Source: Escherichia phage AV116. Taken from it: a stretch of DNA of 64,000 nucleotides. How positions within the stretch are numbered: position 1 is the first letter of the stretch; every line of letters starts with the position of its first letter. The notes below the pieces were generated by a model. The model had not been told where the DNA came from. It saw nothing but the letters and a program-made list of their open reading frames with translations, and searched no databases. Where the stretch lies: the sequence record OR352946.1, one strand, 5' to 3'. A program made the translations under genes and the position numbers. Of the stretch, positions 37,978 to 47,160 are shown in pieces.

Positions 37978-38391
37978 TTAGTAAATTGATTTACCATAGT
38001 ATTTGTACCAAGTCGGACGTTGAGCAATTTTTTCATCTAAGCGTGCTTGACTTATCGCAATGGACGCTTCAGACGGGACGTAATTATTACGAAATTCTAT
38101 AGGAATGTCGGAAATATCCTGGACAGTCGTGTCCTTGATTTTGAAACCACGTTTCAAACATTCGGCTATTAGCTCGATTTGACGTAAACGTAAAAATTCG
38201 AGTTTGTCGTAAAAGAATGTTACGTGACCTGTGCCTAAGATAAATGTTGGAGAGATTTTAAAATCCTTTACACGTTTACCGTTTTGAACATGTTTACGGA
38301 CTGCACCAAATACGCGTGGTAATTCACGATACTCAGCCATAAGATGTTGGTCGGTCAGTTCAGAAACAAGTGTTAAATTGATACGGGTCAT
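37978..38391 (-). CDS. denV: pyrimidine dimer DNA glycosylase (endonuclease V) DenV
   Basis: Close match to T4 DenV ([34 protein letters not shown]); start set at internal Met by homology. Confidence 0.95.
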   Translation of the reverse strand: MTRINLTLVSELTDQHLMAEYRELPRVFGAVRKHVQNGKRVKDFKISPTFILGTGHVTFFYDKLEFLRLRQIELIAECLKRGFKIKDTTVQDISDIPIEFRNNYVPSEASIAISQARLDEKIAQRPTWYKYYGKSIY

Positions 38392-38449
38392 AATTTCCTC
38401 CAAGTAGTTGATGAATGTATAGTATCAAAGTCCTTGGAGGAAGTAAACA

Positions 38450-38731
38450 CTATTTTTCTGAAGCGCCTGAAATATATTTTTCAAGACGCTGTTTCATCAA
38501 CGAGCCGTTCTTAGCGATTTCTTCCGGTTTATCGCACATACGCAACAATGCTTCAAGCTTAGCGATATCGCTGGTACGTTCAAATTTGCGAGTATCTATC
38601 TTACTAGCAAGTTCAGAAATACGTGCTAATAGACTTTCAGCTTCAACCAAAGCTGCACCTAGCTTAGTTGCAAATGTGTCAGTAGCTTCGTTAAGAATAG
38701 ATTCTGATAAAAATTCACTATATGTTTTCAT
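38450..38731 (-). CDS. internal-protein-like protein with capsid-targeting sequence
   Basis: [11 protein letters not shown]-terminus; ATG overlaps the lysozyme stop (ATGA). Confidence 0.55.
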   Translation of the reverse strand: MKTYSEFLSESILNEATDTFATKLGAALVEAESLLARISELASKIDTRKFERTSDIAKLEALLRMCDKPEEIAKNGSLMKQRLEKYISGASEK

Positions 38732-39216
38732 ATATACGCTTTCCAAGTTCCTGTTTTAAATGTTGAGATTACGCGTTTCGCGCGATTAGGTGTCTGACGA
38801 TACCATTTAGATTGGGCTAGATTTACTGCCGCTTCATCCCAACGTTTCTGTTGAAGCATACGAAGAGAATTAGTAAAACCGGCGACTCCTGCTACACCCA
38901 TTTGGAAGACCATATTGACCAATGCACACCGACGAACTGCATCTAAAGAATCATATACCGGTTTAAGTTTAGCATTACCCAAGATTCCGCGGACGGCTTT
39001 ATCAACGTCTTCATTAAATAGCTTTTCAGCCTCATCAAGGGTAATTGTACCGTTGCATTTACGACCGATCATTCTGTCAAGTTCAGCTTTAGCTATGGCT
39101 AAAGACGGGTTCTTTGTTACTAAATGGCCTATGCCAATTGTCCAAAAGCCTTCAGTGTCTTTGTATAAAGTCAGTCTAAGACCTTCGTCATTACGAAGCA
39201 TTTCAAATATATTCAT
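38728..39216 (-). CDS. e: lysozyme (endolysin) e
   Basis: [27 protein letters not shown] matches T4 lysozyme; GGAGG before the ATG at 39214-39216. Confidence 0.95.
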   Translation of the reverse strand: MNIFEMLRNDEGLRLTLYKDTEGFWTIGIGHLVTKNPSLAIAKAELDRMIGRKCNGTITLDEAEKLFNEDVDKAVRGILGNAKLKPVYDSLDAVRRCALVNMVFQMGVAGVAGFTNSLRMLQQKRWDEAAVNLAQSKWYRQTPNRAKRVISTFKTGTWKAYI

Positions 39217-39250
39217 AATACCTCCCACGTTTATAGGAGGTATTTATTAC

Positions 39251-39709
39251 TTATAGGAGGGTAGTGAGCACCTTATATAATGATTTGCCCATTACATATT
39301 CCCATTGAGAAGGTTTAATTAAAGCGAATGCATCAAATTCAGGAATCTGTCGTCCGTCTGGGAATGTATGATAGGAATTACAAACACTGTTTCTGAATTG
39401 CTCGTGCTCTACAGGGATGGTATATAGGAACAGATGAATATTCTTATTGTCTGAGTAATGATGTTCACCTAGGTCTTTCAGGAAGGCAGGGTCATATTGT
39501 GTAAACCCAGTTTCTTCTTCGCATTCGCGAATAGCGGCTTCAATAGGAGATTCGCCAGGTTCGACACGGCCTTTAGGAATATCCCACCGATGAGCTAAAG
39601 AACCTTTAGGACGAGAACCAGTTACACGCCCCATGAATAATTCTTTATCTTCGGTAAGGAAAATAATACCGGCTGATAGTTCTTTCACTTTATTTTTCTT
39701 ACTCATCAT
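39251..39709 (-). CDS. nudE: Nudix hydrolase NudE
   Basis: 152 aa; Nudix box GRVEPGESPIEAAIRECEEETG. Confidence 0.85.
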   Translation of the reverse strand: MMSKKNKVKELSAGIIFLTEDKELFMGRVTGSRPKGSLAHRWDIPKGRVEPGESPIEAAIRECEEETGFTQYDPAFLKDLGEHHYSDNKNIHLFLYTIPVEHEQFRNSVCNSYHTFPDGRQIPEFDAFALIKPSQWEYVMGKSLYKVLTTLL

Positions 39710-39935
39710 CTCGGTCCCATGATTTGGCCATTAATTCGGACATAAATTCTTCAATGCGCGTTTCTTTAGATGGACTTTCACTATTAGAGACCGCAAGTTT
39801 GTAATCTGCAATAGGACAGAACATATCAAGGTCCATATTAAGGTCGTCTTTGATTTTTTCTTCTGACACATCTTTATCGTATGTGTACAGATAACTATCA
39901 CATGATTCTGATTTAATGTAAATTGCTATACTCAT
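39699..39935 (-). CDS. hypothetical protein
   Basis: Start set at internal ATG (MSIAIYIK) overlapping the upstream stop. Confidence 0.4.
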   Translation of the reverse strand: MSIAIYIKSESCDSYLYTYDKDVSEEKIKDDLNMDLDMFCPIADYKLAVSNSESPSKETRIEEFMSELMAKSWDRDDE

Positions 39936-40156
39936 CTCAAATTCCTGCATTCGGTAATAAAACGTTCAACTTCATTATTCTTGTCTTTATGTTCTTGTAA
40001 ACTACTTTTAATAAGATTAATAATGATAGCGACAGTGCCGCCGCCAATGATGCCACCAATAATACTTACGATAGTAGATGTTAATAAGATAGCAATAATA
40101 TCAACAAAACCGAAAGAACTCACCTTAGTACTAAAAAAACCATATAGACGGTACAA
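39932..40156 (-). CDS. small membrane protein, FIxECR C-terminal family
   Basis: 74 aa; one TM helix; C-terminus ...VERFITECRNLR. Confidence 0.45.
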   Translation of the reverse strand: MYRLYGFFSTKVSSFGFVDIIAILLTSTIVSIIGGIIGGGTVAIIINLIKSSLQEHKDKNNEVERFITECRNLR

Positions 40157-40400
40157 ATATAATCCATCCTGTTATCCATTGGCACTTATTGAAAAACTTT
40201 TCAAGCTCAGCTTGAGTTGTTCGTATTACTTCATCGATAGGTTGATATCCGTTAATGTATCTGTTCACGATAATACCTGCTGACTGGTCGATTTTAAATT
40301 CTTGGCAAATATGTTTCACTAAGTATGATGGACATCCTGTCCAATCTACTGAATAGTATGAAATACCTTCATTGCCGTCGTCTATATTATTGTTAATCAT
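40131..40400 (-). CDS. hypothetical protein
   Basis: 89-aa ORF. Confidence 0.4.
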   Translation of the reverse strand: MINNNIDDGNEGISYYSVDWTGCPSYLVKHICQEFKIDQSAGIIVNRYINGYQPIDEVIRTTQAELEKFFNKCQWITGWIIFVPSIWFF

Positions 40401-41086
40401 TACCAGCCTTCCATAGGGAATTCCAGATAAACTTGAGCATTGACACGAATTTCATTGGTAATCTTTTTAACTCGGTCTGTATTACGAGATACACGTCCGA
40501 ACCAACGCCATCCGTTACTAATTGCACGAGAACCAGTGTGCCATGTTTGCCAATCAAACTGAAGAAGAGTACGATCTGGAGCTTCCCATTTCTCTAGTTC
40601 GCCTTTTTCGATTTTTTCGAGGACTTCTTTGTGCCACTGGCGATAGATAAGTTCGCCATCAGGAATCTGACTGAACTCTGCAGTTCCTGTTGCAAAATGA
40701 GTAGGACACACATCAGCGTTAACAAGACCAAGAATATGTTCAGACAAATAGCGAGGATTGTCATAGTCAGGTTGTCCTGCAGTAATAAAATGTTGACCAA
40801 CCGGAATATCCGGGCGTGGTACGTCATCATGGTGATAACCAGGAATAGCAGGATACCAAACAGGCATCAGCATGTGGACTCGTGAATCAAATACTACATC
40901 CGAGTCTTTCCAATCGTCAGGGAGATTTTGGATAAAGCTACGAGTAATTGGACCGCCATTATCAAAAGCAAAATTCAAATCGCAATTAAAGAACATAGGC
41001 TCGTTTTTAATCTGGTCATTTTTAATCGCATGAGCAAAACCACCTACTGCACGAGCTTGACTATTAAACACTTTAGAACTATTCAT
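40400..41086 (-). CDS. hypothetical protein
   Basis: 228-aa ORF preceded by GAGGAAAATAAT. Confidence 0.55.
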   Translation of the reverse strand: MNSSKVFNSQARAVGGFAHAIKNDQIKNEPMFFNCDLNFAFDNGGPITRSFIQNLPDDWKDSDVVFDSRVHMLMPVWYPAIPGYHHDDVPRPDIPVGQHFITAGQPDYDNPRYLSEHILGLVNADVCPTHFATGTAEFSQIPDGELIYRQWHKEVLEKIEKGELEKWEAPDRTLLQFDWQTWHTGSRAISNGWRWFGRVSRNTDRVKKITNEIRVNAQVYLEFPMEGW

Positions 41087-41087
41087 A

Positions 41088-41393
41088 TTATTTTCCTCGG
41101 CATTCTTTAATGAAATTTTCTAGATTGGTAGATTCAATAGCTTTTTTACGAGCTTCTGCATGTTCTTCTTCGGACAATTTACATTTATAATTGACCCAGA
41201 CATTATGGTCGAAACTAGTCGTGGCATATAATAACAATGCTCCAGCGAATAGCAAAAACGGTGATAAGAATACAAAACCAGGAACACCATCCATACTGTA
41301 AGCCTTTTGTAATACTGCAACAGAAAGAGCTGCGTAAAAAGGTGATGCAAATATTGTTAAAAGACCAATTCGGTTGGTTTCGCCTAATTTCAT
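41088..41393 (-). CDS. membrane protein, FIxECR C-terminal family
   Basis: 101 aa; two TM helices; C-terminus ...LENFIKECRGK. Confidence 0.5.
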   Translation of the reverse strand: MKLGETNRIGLLTIFASPFYAALSVAVLQKAYSMDGVPGFVFLSPFLLFAGALLLYATTSFDHNVWVNYKCKLSEEEHAEARKKAIESTNLENFIKECRGK

Positions 41394-41420
41394 AATATTC
41401 TCCTCATGTTTTAATAGGAC

Positions 41421-41449
41421 TACTATAACATAATCCTATAATTATGTAA
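41421..41449 (-). promoter_or_regulatory. T4 early-type promoter (TTTACA-N17-TATAGT)
   Basis: Read from sequence upstream of the ORF at 41393. Confidence 0.5.
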
Positions 41450-41463
41450 ACAGTTTTGCGAAA

Positions 41464-42420
41464 TTATTTGAAAGGTTTTACCATATGAAAATTTTCTTTA
41501 AACCGTTTGATGTAATCATTTTTGCCGAGCTTATGATACATAGCCACTACTTCATAATAGTTCTCGTATGCGTACTCACGGAACCAACCGGAGGTGATGC
41601 TTGTGCAGACTTTTTCTAATGCCATCATGAAACTGGCTTCAGGGTTAATTTTAAAGTCATTAGGAATCTGAGAACGTTCTAACGCTAGTACACATGATTC
41701 TTCGTATACGCCGGCCAATTTGACCATTTCCGGTAATGATTCGAACTTCTCGCGTGAGGTCATGACTTCAGAACCATCTTTCATATAAAATGTATACGCT
41801 GGACGGTCTGTTAGTGCAATGGCTTCATGAATAGTATCATGGTCATATGTATAGATGTCATCTTTAAAGAACGCACTTTTAGAAGTGTCAAGAACTGGGT
41901 GAGCATAATTCAAGGTTTCTTTCTGGCGTTTCAGCATAATTTCAGTAAGTTCATCGTTCAGTGTAACACCTTTACCACGAAGATACTGAATATGGTTCAT
42001 AGTCTTTAAAAAGAATGGATTATTTTTCTTGAAACGATGAGACATCTTAATTGCAAGACATATCTCAGGAGTTGCCCAGTAAAACCCGTTCAAACGGTCT
42101 TTAGTCAAATTTTTCTTGGCGTATTTTAAAAGGTCATAAGAAGACGTGAAATCTTCAGGAGTGAGTTCACCGACTAATTCACGGACATTAGTGATTGCCG
42201 GAACAATATATGCTTCAAAATGAGTTTCGCGTCCATTATGGAAGCATTTGAAAACTTGGACATCAGGGTTATCTTGGTGAACATATACACCCATCATTTG
42301 ATTTTTGAATGCGTTCCAAGAACCTTGGTCCGCAATAAAGTCCCAATCACTATTTTTAATAGCGCTAGAATCAATAAGACCGTGATAGTGAAGTGCACGA
42401 GAACCAATAACTAACATCAT
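41464..42420 (-). CDS. hypothetical protein
   Basis: 318-aa ORF. Confidence 0.55.
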   Translation of the reverse strand: MMLVIGSRALHYHGLIDSSAIKNSDWDFIADQGSWNAFKNQMMGVYVHQDNPDVQVFKCFHNGRETHFEAYIVPAITNVRELVGELTPEDFTSSYDLLKYAKKNLTKDRLNGFYWATPEICLAIKMSHRFKKNNPFFLKTMNHIQYLRGKGVTLNDELTEIMLKRQKETLNYAHPVLDTSKSAFFKDDIYTYDHDTIHEAIALTDRPAYTFYMKDGSEVMTSREKFESLPEMVKLAGVYEESCVLALERSQIPNDFKINPEASFMMALEKVCTSITSGWFREYAYENYYEVVAMYHKLGKNDYIKRFKENFHMVKPFK

Positions 42421-42448
42421 AATATTTTCCTCGGATTAATTCATTAAC

Positions 42449-42700
42449 TTAAATTTCACGACATGCGATATTATATTCATCCCAGAGGTCATCATGTGAA
42501 GCTTCTACCAATGGAACGATTGTACCGTTTATGTCTTCATTATAAGGGCAAATTGTACAGTGCGCATCTTCGAATCGGATGCCTTTGTGTTCAGATTTTT
42601 TATAACGCATATCGAATATCTTTGCAAACTTTTCACGAGTAATAGTTTTAGCAACCACTTTGGTTCCAATACTTTCGTAATAAATCATTGTGGACTCCAT
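42449..42700 (-). CDS. hypothetical protein
   Basis: 83-aa ORF with four Cys. Confidence 0.45.
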   Translation of the reverse strand: MESTMIYYESIGTKVVAKTITREKFAKIFDMRYKKSEHKGIRFEDAHCTICPYNEDINGTIVPLVEASHDDLWDEYNIACREI

Positions 42701-42720
42701 TTAATTTGATAGGACTACTA

Positions 42721-42749
42721 TAACATAGCCCTATCTTGTTGTAAACTGT
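42721..42749 (-). promoter_or_regulatory. T4 early-type promoter (TTTACA-N17-TATAGT) with flanking inverted repeat
   Basis: Read from sequence upstream of the ORF at 42700. Confidence 0.5.
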
Positions 42750-42750
42750 T

Positions 42751-42948
42751 TTAGCAAGAATAACTAGATGATACCCAGCCTTGAACAGTGATACTATTGT
42801 GGGATAATGAGATCGCGTCCTGGAGATTCAGACCTGCGTTATCTTCAATCCATAATGTAACTTCTTCACGTTCTTCTGTTGCAATTTGGAACAGGTTTTC
42901 CAGGGCAGCTACTGCCGTACGTACAGCACAATCTAATTCACGAGACAT
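42751..42948 (-). CDS. small protein, GWVSSSxxC C-terminal family (paralog 3)
   Basis: 65 aa; ends ...QGWVSSSYSC. Confidence 0.5.
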   Translation of the reverse strand: MSRELDCAVRTAVAALENLFQIATEEREEVTLWIEDNAGLNLQDAISLSHNSITVQGWVSSSYSC

Positions 42949-42957
42949 ATTGTTTCC

Positions 42958-43230
42958 TTAGCAAGTGTGAGAAGATGCGACCCAACCACCAGTTTCGAGG
43001 CTCAGGTTGTAGTCGTATTGGTAAACGTCGGCCCATTCAGCATAGCCGTTTTTTGTACAACGTTCAAGATCAGCTTTAAGATGTCCGGGTGAATGATAGG
43101 TTCCGCCCATACCATAAGCCGGATACAAATTAAACGTGGTGTTTTGTTTATCAGCAATTTCTTTGGCAGCCTCAATAGCTGCATAGATTTTTGCTACAGC
43201 TTCAGCCAGTTCGGTTTGTTCTTTAGACAT
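42958..43230 (-). CDS. small protein, GWVSSSxxC C-terminal family (paralog 2)
   Basis: 90 aa; ends ...GGWVASSHTC. Confidence 0.5.
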   Translation of the reverse strand: MSKEQTELAEAVAKIYAAIEAAKEIADKQNTTFNLYPAYGMGGTYHSPGHLKADLERCTKNGYAEWADVYQYDYNLSLETGGWVASSHTC

Positions 43231-43239
43231 AATGATTCC

Positions 43240-43545
43240 TTAGCACAACGCAGAAGACGAAACCCAAGCACCTTCAGTAATAACGTAACCATTACCTTCA
43301 CGCTTAACATCGCCACCATTATTTTCAATTTCATTTTTCATCCACTGGGATACGATTTCACCCTTAGGATAATAAGTACGACCGCTACCATAATCACCTA
43401 CAGAAAATGATACGGCATATTGGTCTGCGATCTTTGTTGCTTCTTCTTCGATACGTTCAGCTTGATTCAGAAGTTTATAAATTGCATCTGAAGCGGATTT
43501 GGCATCATTAAACTCTGGTACTTTAATTTCAATAATCTTACTCAT
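43240..43545 (-). CDS. small protein, GWVSSSxxC C-terminal family (paralog 1)
   Basis: 101 aa; ends ...GAWVSSSALC. Confidence 0.5.
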   Translation of the reverse strand: MSKIIEIKVPEFNDAKSASDAIYKLLNQAERIEEEATKIADQYAVSFSVGDYGSGRTYYPKGEIVSQWMKNEIENNGGDVKREGNGYVITEGAWVSSSALC

Positions 43546-43901
43546 TTTCTACATTCCTTAATAAAGTTTTCGATTGTTTCATTTTCACGTTTAGCTAGAA
43601 GTTCATTATAACTAATCATTTGAGAAGCGTAAATCTTTTTATTTTTCTTGTTATGGTTTATAAAATCGTAGTAAAAATAGACTACAGTACAAAATGATGC
43701 GATGGATGCAAAGGCTTGGGTATACCGTAAGTCCTGCCATTGGTCTGTGAATCCACCAGTGTTCCCTATAAATCCTAACACAACGCCGTCAATAAGAAAT
43801 CCAACTAATCCAAAGGCAAATCCCATGCCAATACTCATAATAAAAATTAGAATGTTCTCACCAAGAGAAGGCCATATGGTTAAGAGTTGAGGCTTTTGCA
43901 T
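43542..43901 (-). CDS. membrane protein, FIxECR C-terminal family
   Basis: 119 aa; TM helices; C-terminus ...IENFIKECRK. Confidence 0.5.
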   Translation of the reverse strand: MQKPQLLTIWPSLGENILIFIMSIGMGFAFGLVGFLIDGVVLGFIGNTGGFTDQWQDLRYTQAFASIASFCTVVYFYYDFINHNKKNKKIYASQMISYNELLAKRENETIENFIKECRK

Positions 43902-44305
43902 CTTATTTCCTTAACGAATTCCATAGCTTCTTCATATTCATACTTTTTAACAGCTTCATCATACTGAGCTTGGGCTTTTGCGCACTGAACTTTCCATTCT
44001 CTTAATCGGGCTCTGTGATGACGGCCTTGGTGCCAATATCCTACCCAATTAATAGGCATTAATAAAAACGGTACAATAAGTGGTGCGACGAACATTAATG
44101 AAAATGCTGCATCAGACGATATAACTTCACTAGAATCTAAAACAGCTCCTATAATCATAAAGATTAAAAATGCTAAAGCTAAAATAGGGCCAAATAATAC
44201 TTCATTTGGGATTAATTTACGCTTGTATTCATACGCCCAGGGCTTACTTGGCATGTATAGGGTTGGCTTTGACATATTCTCTACATTCCATAATAAATTG
44301 CTCAA
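43880..44305 (-). CDS. membrane protein (related C-terminal motif EFVKEIRC)
   Basis: 141 aa; two TM helices. Confidence 0.5.
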   Translation of the reverse strand: MSNLLWNVENMSKPTLYMPSKPWAYEYKRKLIPNEVLFGPILALAFLIFMIIGAVLDSSEVISSDAAFSLMFVAPLIVPFLLMPINWVGYWHQGRHHRARLREWKVQCAKAQAQYDEAVKKYEYEEAMEFVKEIRCKSLNS

Positions 44306-44867
44306 GGATTAAATTGTTAGTGAAATTAGGACTAACAACCATAGTTTCATAAAGCGCATCAATAGCACTTAAAGCATCAACTCTTTTAAGCAAAGGCTTG
44401 CCTTCATACATAGTTTCAGAATCGATGATTAACGTAAAGTAATATTTTTTATTATCGACTAGAACTTCTGTATCGATATAAAACATATTAGACCTCAGAA
44501 GCTTATCTCTAAAGCCATAATAATCTTCAGAGCGTTCGCTGATATATTCCCATTCAGTGTTTAAACAACAAACAGACCACGTAGGAGCAACGAAATCAGT
44601 GAATCTAATATCATGGTCTGCAACTAGTTTAGCAATAGCTCCGATATCATGAATCATAATACCTGGGGCTAATAAAGATTTTCTGCTATGGCTAGCCGTT
44701 TTCTCGGTGGTCTCATAAGAAGACGACCAGTACCATTTACGTCCAGTTGCAACATATCGTAATGAATCAACTAAAGACGTAGGTGGATTTACCTTATCTC
44801 GGAACTCTTCGAACATTGAGTCAATATCATTATTTTGGTTTCGCATGTTAACTCCTTTATTATCCAA
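44244..44867 (-). CDS. hypothetical protein (C-terminal QFIMECR motif)
   Basis: 207-aa ORF. Confidence 0.5.
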   Translation of the reverse strand: MDNKGVNMRNQNNDIDSMFEEFRDKVNPPTSLVDSLRYVATGRKWYWSSSYETTEKTASHSRKSLLAPGIMIHDIGAIAKLVADHDIRFTDFVAPTWSVCCLNTEWEYISERSEDYYGFRDKLLRSNMFYIDTEVLVDNKKYYFTLIIDSETMYEGKPLLKRVDALSAIDALYETMVVSPNFTNNLILEQFIMECREYVKANPIHAK

Positions 44868-44895
44868 AAGGAGGACCGGAGTCCTCCGTATTATT

Positions 44896-45489
44896 TTATT
44901 TCAAAGAGTTAATATATTCTTGTACATCAGCAGAAGTGGTTTCGACACCAGCTGGAGTGCCATTGAACGTTTCAACACGAGTCAGAGTGTCTTCGATATC
45001 AACCTTAGTCAGTGCAGCGATTTCAATTACATCATCAGCCGTAGAGATACCAAGGGCATTAGCTGCTCGAGTTTCACGAATGTATTCGAGTTTGATTGCC
45101 AGATTCTGACGAGCATCATCAAGTTCAACCACCTTACGAGCAATTTCAATTCGCATAGCGGCATACCCGTCAGCTTTTGTATTAAGTTGTTCGGCAGTTC
45201 GACGATACAGAAGACCAAGCTTAGCATGCATGGTAACATCTTGTCCTTCAGCCAAGAGCTTACGAATTTCACGTTCCTTAGAAGCGGCTTGCTTGTTCTT
45301 TTCATTAACAAGTTCGCGAATACGTTTTTCTTCATTAATAGATTTAACAGAAGCCGTTTTTAGTTCTTTGATTTGGGTAATCAACTTATCTGCAGCTGCG
45401 TTATACTGTTCTTCGACAGTCAGATTTTTAGCCATAGCAGTACCCAGTTTAGTGCGGATGAATTCAACAAGTTTTTTCAGTGTGTTCAT
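44896..45489 (-). CDS. coiled-coil protein (possibly PspA/IM30-like)
   Basis: Start set at ATG ([10 protein letters not shown]) preceded by AAAGG; long heptad-like helical sequence. Confidence 0.5.
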   Translation of the reverse strand: MNTLKKLVEFIRTKLGTAMAKNLTVEEQYNAAADKLITQIKELKTASVKSINEEKRIRELVNEKNKQAASKEREIRKLLAEGQDVTMHAKLGLLYRRTAEQLNTKADGYAAMRIEIARKVVELDDARQNLAIKLEYIRETRAANALGISTADDVIEIAALTKVDIEDTLTRVETFNGTPAGVETTSADVQEYINSLK

Positions 45490-45511
45490 ATTATTACCTT
45501 TCAATTGGTGG

Positions 45512-45560
45512 TTTATTATCCAATGAGAGCATTATACTCTGCTCTCAAGAGTTTGTAAAT
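45512..45560 (-). repeat. 49-bp exact repeat, copy 2 (early-type promoter with palindrome)
   Basis: Identical to 17706..17754. Confidence 0.7.
45531..45559 (-). promoter_or_regulatory. T4 early-type promoter (TTTACA-N17-TATAAT)
   Basis: Same element as at 17725..17753; upstream of the ORF at 45489. Confidence 0.55.
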
Positions 45561-45787
45561 TATTTTTTAATCAAATTGACATAAAACTCGGCGTCTTCCG
45601 GGTGCATGCCTTCACAGTATTCTTCAACCATGAACTTCTTAACGGCTTCATAAGGACCACTCAGATTAAGCTCAGTTGTCCAGAACTTGGAATCTTGGGC
45701 TGAATCGATATGAACTTCAGGGTGACGGTTGCGAATAACTTCTTCTGTGTATTCATAATCAACGACATCAATACTAACTTTAGCCAT
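45560..45787 (-). CDS. hypothetical protein
   Basis: 75-aa acidic ORF with upstream GAGAGGAAAATAAA. Confidence 0.45.
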   Translation of the reverse strand: MAKVSIDVVDYEYTEEVIRNRHPEVHIDSAQDSKFWTTELNLSGPYEAVKKFMVEEYCEGMHPEDAEFYVNLIKK

Positions 45788-45819
45788 TTTATTTTCCTCT
45801 CATTTGATTTGATAGGTCT

Positions 45820-45848
45820 ATAGTAACACCGTCCTTGGTGTTTGTACA
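45820..45848 (-). promoter_or_regulatory. T4 early-type promoter-like element
   Basis: TGTACA and TACTAT elements with 17-bp spacing on the minus strand. Confidence 0.4.
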
Positions 45849-46352
45849 TCATTTATTTTTAATTTTGCAAATTTTTCCAGCTTCAATGCACGCAGCATAG
45901 ATGATGCTCTGGGCAATTTTATTGCTAGTGGACCTTGCAATCACACTAAGAACAATTTCTTTTTCTTCACCACCACATCCCCAGCTATTTTGCCCATGTG
46001 TACCTTTAACTACGGCTGAAACTTCAACAGAACGTCCACCATCAGAAGTCTTAACATCCACAACCCAATCACCGTCTTTCTCATTAACCTGTGGTTTATC
46101 CCAAGAAATACTAATATATGATTCGCCGTCAATAGAAGTCGCCGGGTTTTTCTCTACAGTAAGACCTTCGCTTTCTAACCATTCAATAGTATTTGAGCAT
46201 AAATCTGTAGAACATCTCATCGGAAAGCGGCATGATTTTTCACCTTTAGATGCAGCGTCATACATCTTTTCCAAAATACGCTTTTGTACATTTTTAAAAA
46301 CAACGTCACGCGATTCTTCAGATTTTTTATTCAGTTCAGTATAAAGACTCAT
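45849..46352 (-). CDS. hypothetical protein
   Basis: 167-aa ORF. Confidence 0.5.
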   Translation of the reverse strand: MSLYTELNKKSEESRDVVFKNVQKRILEKMYDAASKGEKSCRFPMRCSTDLCSNTIEWLESEGLTVEKNPATSIDGESYISISWDKPQVNEKDGDWVVDVKTSDGGRSVEVSAVVKGTHGQNSWGCGGEEKEIVLSVIARSTSNKIAQSIIYAACIEAGKICKIKNK

Positions 46353-46383
46353 AATGTTTTCCTCATTTGTTTTGATAGGTCTA

Positions 46384-46412
46384 TAGTATCATACCTCAAG
46401 GAGAAGTAAACA
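46384..46412 (-). promoter_or_regulatory. T4 early-type promoter-like element
   Basis: GTTTAC-N17-TACTAT on the minus strand upstream of the ORF at 46352. Confidence 0.4.
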
Positions 46413-46449
46413 ACTTTGTGAAAAATTTATCTGCCCTAGATGCCCGAAA

Positions 46450-46470
46450 GCCCCAACCATAGGAAGGGGC
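46450..46470 (-). terminator. terminator-like hairpin (GCCCCUUCC...GGUUGGGGC family), weak U tract
   Basis: Same hairpin architecture as 32097..32118 and 47167..47188; immediately 3' of the ORF ending at 46490. Confidence 0.4.
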
Positions 46471-46489
46471 TTAAGTGATTGTAACTTAA

Positions 46490-47116
46490 TTATTTACGGG
46501 TTTTTGCATACTGAGCAGCGTCAGCAGCCAAACGACCTGCCTGACGAAGTTTTTCTTTAATCTCATCGTGAAGTGGTTGAGTGTACTTCAAACCTTCAAT
46601 AGTCAAATAAAGACGATAAAGGTCTGGGGTATCAAGGTTGTTGATATGTTGGCCATTACGAAGACTGTTGAATTCACGAACGAGTGAAGATGTATCGGAT
46701 TCAATATCACGAACAAGCGAAGATAGTTGTTTATATTTTTTTTCCAGGCTAGAAGTATCAAACTTAAGAGCAGGAGCTTTAGGAGTTGCTTTTACTTCCG
46801 GCTTAGGCTCAGGTTTTGCTACTGCTTTAGGGGTCGCAGGTTTAGGAGTGGTAGGAGCAGGTTTTACTTTAGGCGAACCAGATTTAGCAGAAACACCACC
46901 ACTAACAATATCTTTGAATGCTTTAGAAGCTCTGTAATATTCTTTTTGGCTGGAAGTGTCGATACCGTACATGGCTTGAACGTTTTTGAAAAACTCTGTA
47001 CTAGTTTTTGTACCAGAAATAGCATCGTAAGCAGCTTGCCACTTCTCTTTTGTCATACGTACACCGGCTTCGGTGATTACTTCCGTTTCGGCTAAAAATT
47101 CATTAAAAGTATACAT
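46490..47116 (-). CDS. internal-protein-like protein with capsid-targeting-like N-terminus and Pro/Lys/Ala-rich linker
   Basis: 208 aa; N-terminal MYTFNEFLAETE; central PKVKPAPTTPKPATPKAVAKPEPKPEVKATPKAP. Confidence 0.55.
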   Translation of the reverse strand: MYTFNEFLAETEVITEAGVRMTKEKWQAAYDAISGTKTSTEFFKNVQAMYGIDTSSQKEYYRASKAFKDIVSGGVSAKSGSPKVKPAPTTPKPATPKAVAKPEPKPEVKATPKAPALKFDTSSLEKKYKQLSSLVRDIESDTSSLVREFNSLRNGQHINNLDTPDLYRLYLTIEGLKYTQPLHDEIKEKLRQAGRLAADAAQYAKTRK

Positions 47117-47151
47117 TGATGGTCCTTAGAAAGTAGGTTTATTATTTACTA

Positions 47152-47159
47152 TATTTATA
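47152..47159 (-). promoter_or_regulatory. T4 late promoter TATAAATA
   Basis: Plus tatttata is TATAAATA on the minus strand, about 35 bp upstream of the ATG at 47116. Confidence 0.55.
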
Positions 47160-47160
47160 C

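Noticed and set aside
17706-45560. CRISPR array or other regularly spaced repeat array
   Set aside because: Repeated elements (promoter modules, terminator hairpins, the 49-bp repeat) are irregularly spaced and each sits in an intergenic control position; none has the short-repeat/spacer periodicity of a CRISPR array.
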